Assembly (NCBI RefSeq): GCF_009914755.1
Contig: NC_060926.1
Direction: 5' to 3' (one strand)
Source of the DNA: the human T2T-CHM13v2.0 reference genome, Homo sapiens
DNA length: 64,000 bases
The notes beneath the pieces are model-generated. The model was not told where the DNA came from. It saw only the letters and a program-made list of their open reading frames with translations, and searched no databases. How positions within the stretch are numbered: the first letter of the stretch is position 1; each line of letters opens with the position of its first letter. Shown one piece after another: positions 61,431 through 64,000 of the stretch. Made by a program: the position numbers and the translations under genes.

Positions 61431-63350
61431 GGATTGAGATTACTATAAATTTGTGTATATAAAACCTCAAAAGAGAGTGCCTACACAGAGTCTTACCACA
61501 GTCTACCAAGTCAAATGCCTGGTGTTGTTTCAGGATGATTATAGATTTCTATGTCCTGTCTTAAATAAAATAAGGCATTCTTTCTGTTTGAGAAAAAAGT
61601 CAGTGTGGACATCAATGCTTGGGGCTTGAAGCTCTTCATAACCTGCCTTTTTAGAGAGGTATAAACCCTGAATCCTGTAGGGTCTTTCTTGGTGCTTTGT
61701 TACTGTTTTTTTCTTTCAGACAACTACTTTATTATTGCTCTCGTAGGCATTACAAGAGAATGTATCCACTTGACTAGAATGATGATATTCTATTCTAGAC
61801 TGTACAAAATATTTGCATATTTTCTTAACTCAGAGTACTTAGTCAAATGACTGTAGCCACTGCTTTGGAGCTGGTAAAGTCCCTGTGGATAGCACTGGCT
61901 CTTGCAATTACTGTAAAAGCCAAGATGGTTTCTTCACTTTCCATTGCATTATGTCCACATGCATACAGTCAAGGACAGCTTTGGACTGATACTACTTTGC
62001 CTTTTACTTGATCAAAATATGCACACGAACCAGAAACTCTTAATGATATAAGATGGTTCTCAAAAAGCATTGCTCAAAAATGTTAAATTACAATATTATA
62101 ATACGTTGCCATAAAGCTGGAACTTTTTGTAAGAATAACAAGGTGATTCAGCTAAATTAGTTGTGATGTTCTCATTTATGGTAAAGTGTCATTTTTTCTT
62201 AAGAGGAGCAATTGCTATTTTTTTTACTGCGTATTCAAGGCCGTTTAAAACTACCAACATGATGAAGCCTTATTTAATTAACTCCAGCTGACCTTGACCA
62301 TTTGTCTGCATCCCCTCACTTGTTATAGTTTAAGCTTCTTTACATAAAATGTTTTGCATTTATTTATAATATAAAATAATCTAACACAATACCGCATGAC
62401 TTGACATATAACATTTGTAACTTGGCTGCCACTTATCATATATCTAGCGCTGTTAAGTGCTTTTCATAAATTATATAATTCAGTTACCATAAAAAGTTGG
62501 TGCTATTAATATTGCTATTTTATATACAAGCACATTGAGACTTAGAAAGTTATTTACAGCATAATTATCAAAGCAGATTGATAAACCTGGAAATTACAGG
62601 AAAACACAAAGGAACTATTAAACCATACATTTTAAAAATAATGCCTATGGATCTACATTTTCCTACCGTGCTGGGTGGTTCATAGCCACCCTAAAAATTG
62701 AGAATCACTAAAATACCTTTAAATGTATGTTTGATTTCCTCAACTGGACTTGAACTTTCTGAATGGAAAGGAACACAAGTTATTTTCTCTTCCCAATTTC
62801 TCAGTTACTACTATGAGATGTTGTGCACCATGAGATAACTGTTTGTAAAGGCTTTGGGGTAAGACAACTGTAAAAAAATCTCAATTTTTCTAGGCTCTAG
62901 TAAAGGACAATCATCAAGTCAACTGCATACCATTACTGGCTGGACTGATGAAATAACGTGGCTCTTGAAGATATTTGACAATTGGATTCCATTTATTGAC
63001 TACTAAAAGGAAAAACTGATTACTTACCTAGAAAATAATGTCTAGAGTTAGGTCCATGTAATCAAATTTGGGGCATGTCACCTTTTAATAATTCCCCACA
63101 TGATTTGCAATGTCCTTTTAAAGACAAAGCAGTGAAGGGACTAGGGCAGAGCTAGGAAGACAGAAAATACATGATCAGAAATCAGTTCTGCAATCCGTAG
63201 TCAACCAGTCTCAGTACAGGTGTAAGCCTCTTAGAGGATAGTAGAGGGAAGAGTTGGAATGCTTCTCTTTACCCCCTCAACATGGCCAAACACCATAGCC
63301 AGAATACAAACAAGTTTGAATTGTTCTCTGAAAAGTTCTGCTCTTATTAG

Positions 63351-63522
63351 CAGAGTGGTTCCCATAATAGGATGCATATTGGAACCACTTGGAAAAATTT
63401 AAAGAACACTGATGCCTTAGCCTCAGCCCTAATTCTGATTTAATTAGCATAGAATGTAATGGACGTGGGGATTTTATAAGTACTCAGTGATGATAATTTG
63501 CCTTTAGGTTTGGAAACCACTG
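63351..63522. mobile_element. MER5 (MER5B-like) hAT-Charlie element
   Basis: gtggttccc…gcatattggaaccacttgg…attctgatttaattag…aggtttggaaaccactg. Confidence 0.7.
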
Positions 63523-64000
63523 CTGGGGGATTGTCCTTTTTGTATTTCAGTGAATAGGCAAAGCTAAGTCTGTTCACTCATTATACTTGCCAACATTGAG
63601 CAGATGATGGCAGTAAGTGAAAGGTGTATTCTCACCATCTTTGCACTCATTATCACTCTCTGAGTTTACCCACTTTTTGGGGGGCTAGTCCCGGGATTCT
63701 CCACTTCCTCTTGTACCTATTGCCATTTGAGTTGTCTCCCTAAGGAGCAACTCTGCTTATACTCTTGTCCTGCTGAAATTTTTCCAGTGACTTCAGTGAA
63801 TGAGTAAGACTCTTAAGCAACGAAAAATATCTGATAGTAGACTAAAAGTACTGAAGCTGCACATACATAAGCTTGTTTTTTTTACTGTGGATGGACCTTG
63901 CCGTGATCACGTTAATGACTACTTTTACCTATAATCACCAAAGGAAGAGATAAATCTCTGTCCTACTTCAATCTGCTAATGGATGCCTTGAAAGGGAGAT

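Overview
AT-rich, repeat-dense primate genomic DNA, almost certainly human because it carries an AluYb8 at 37121-37424. I find no credible cellular protein-coding gene. The ORF-track entries are microsatellite, Alu or LTR artefacts, fragments of L1 ORF2, or short chance ORFs. The window is mostly Alu, L1 (L1PA, L1PB, L1MA, L1MC), L2, MIR, MaLR/ERV LTRs (MST, MLT1, MER52) and DNA-transposon relics (MER1B, MER3, MER5, MER45, Tigger, Zaphod-like), plus a few isolated splice-site-bounded candidate exons. The most unusual signal is structural. Twice, an AT/TA microsatellite holds an inverted copy of DNA from about 1-2 kb upstream: 4014-4685 is copied into the TA tract at 5535-6209 (~97% identical), and 31204-31274 is copied at 32927-32997 (65/71 identical) inside a scrambled four-piece L1PB. 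Two L1PA insertions are also atypical: one is twin-primed with a micro 3' transduction, and one is flanked by a ~100-bp target-site duplication. Subfamily names come from recalled consensus sequences, not a database search, and boundaries of old repeats are approximate.
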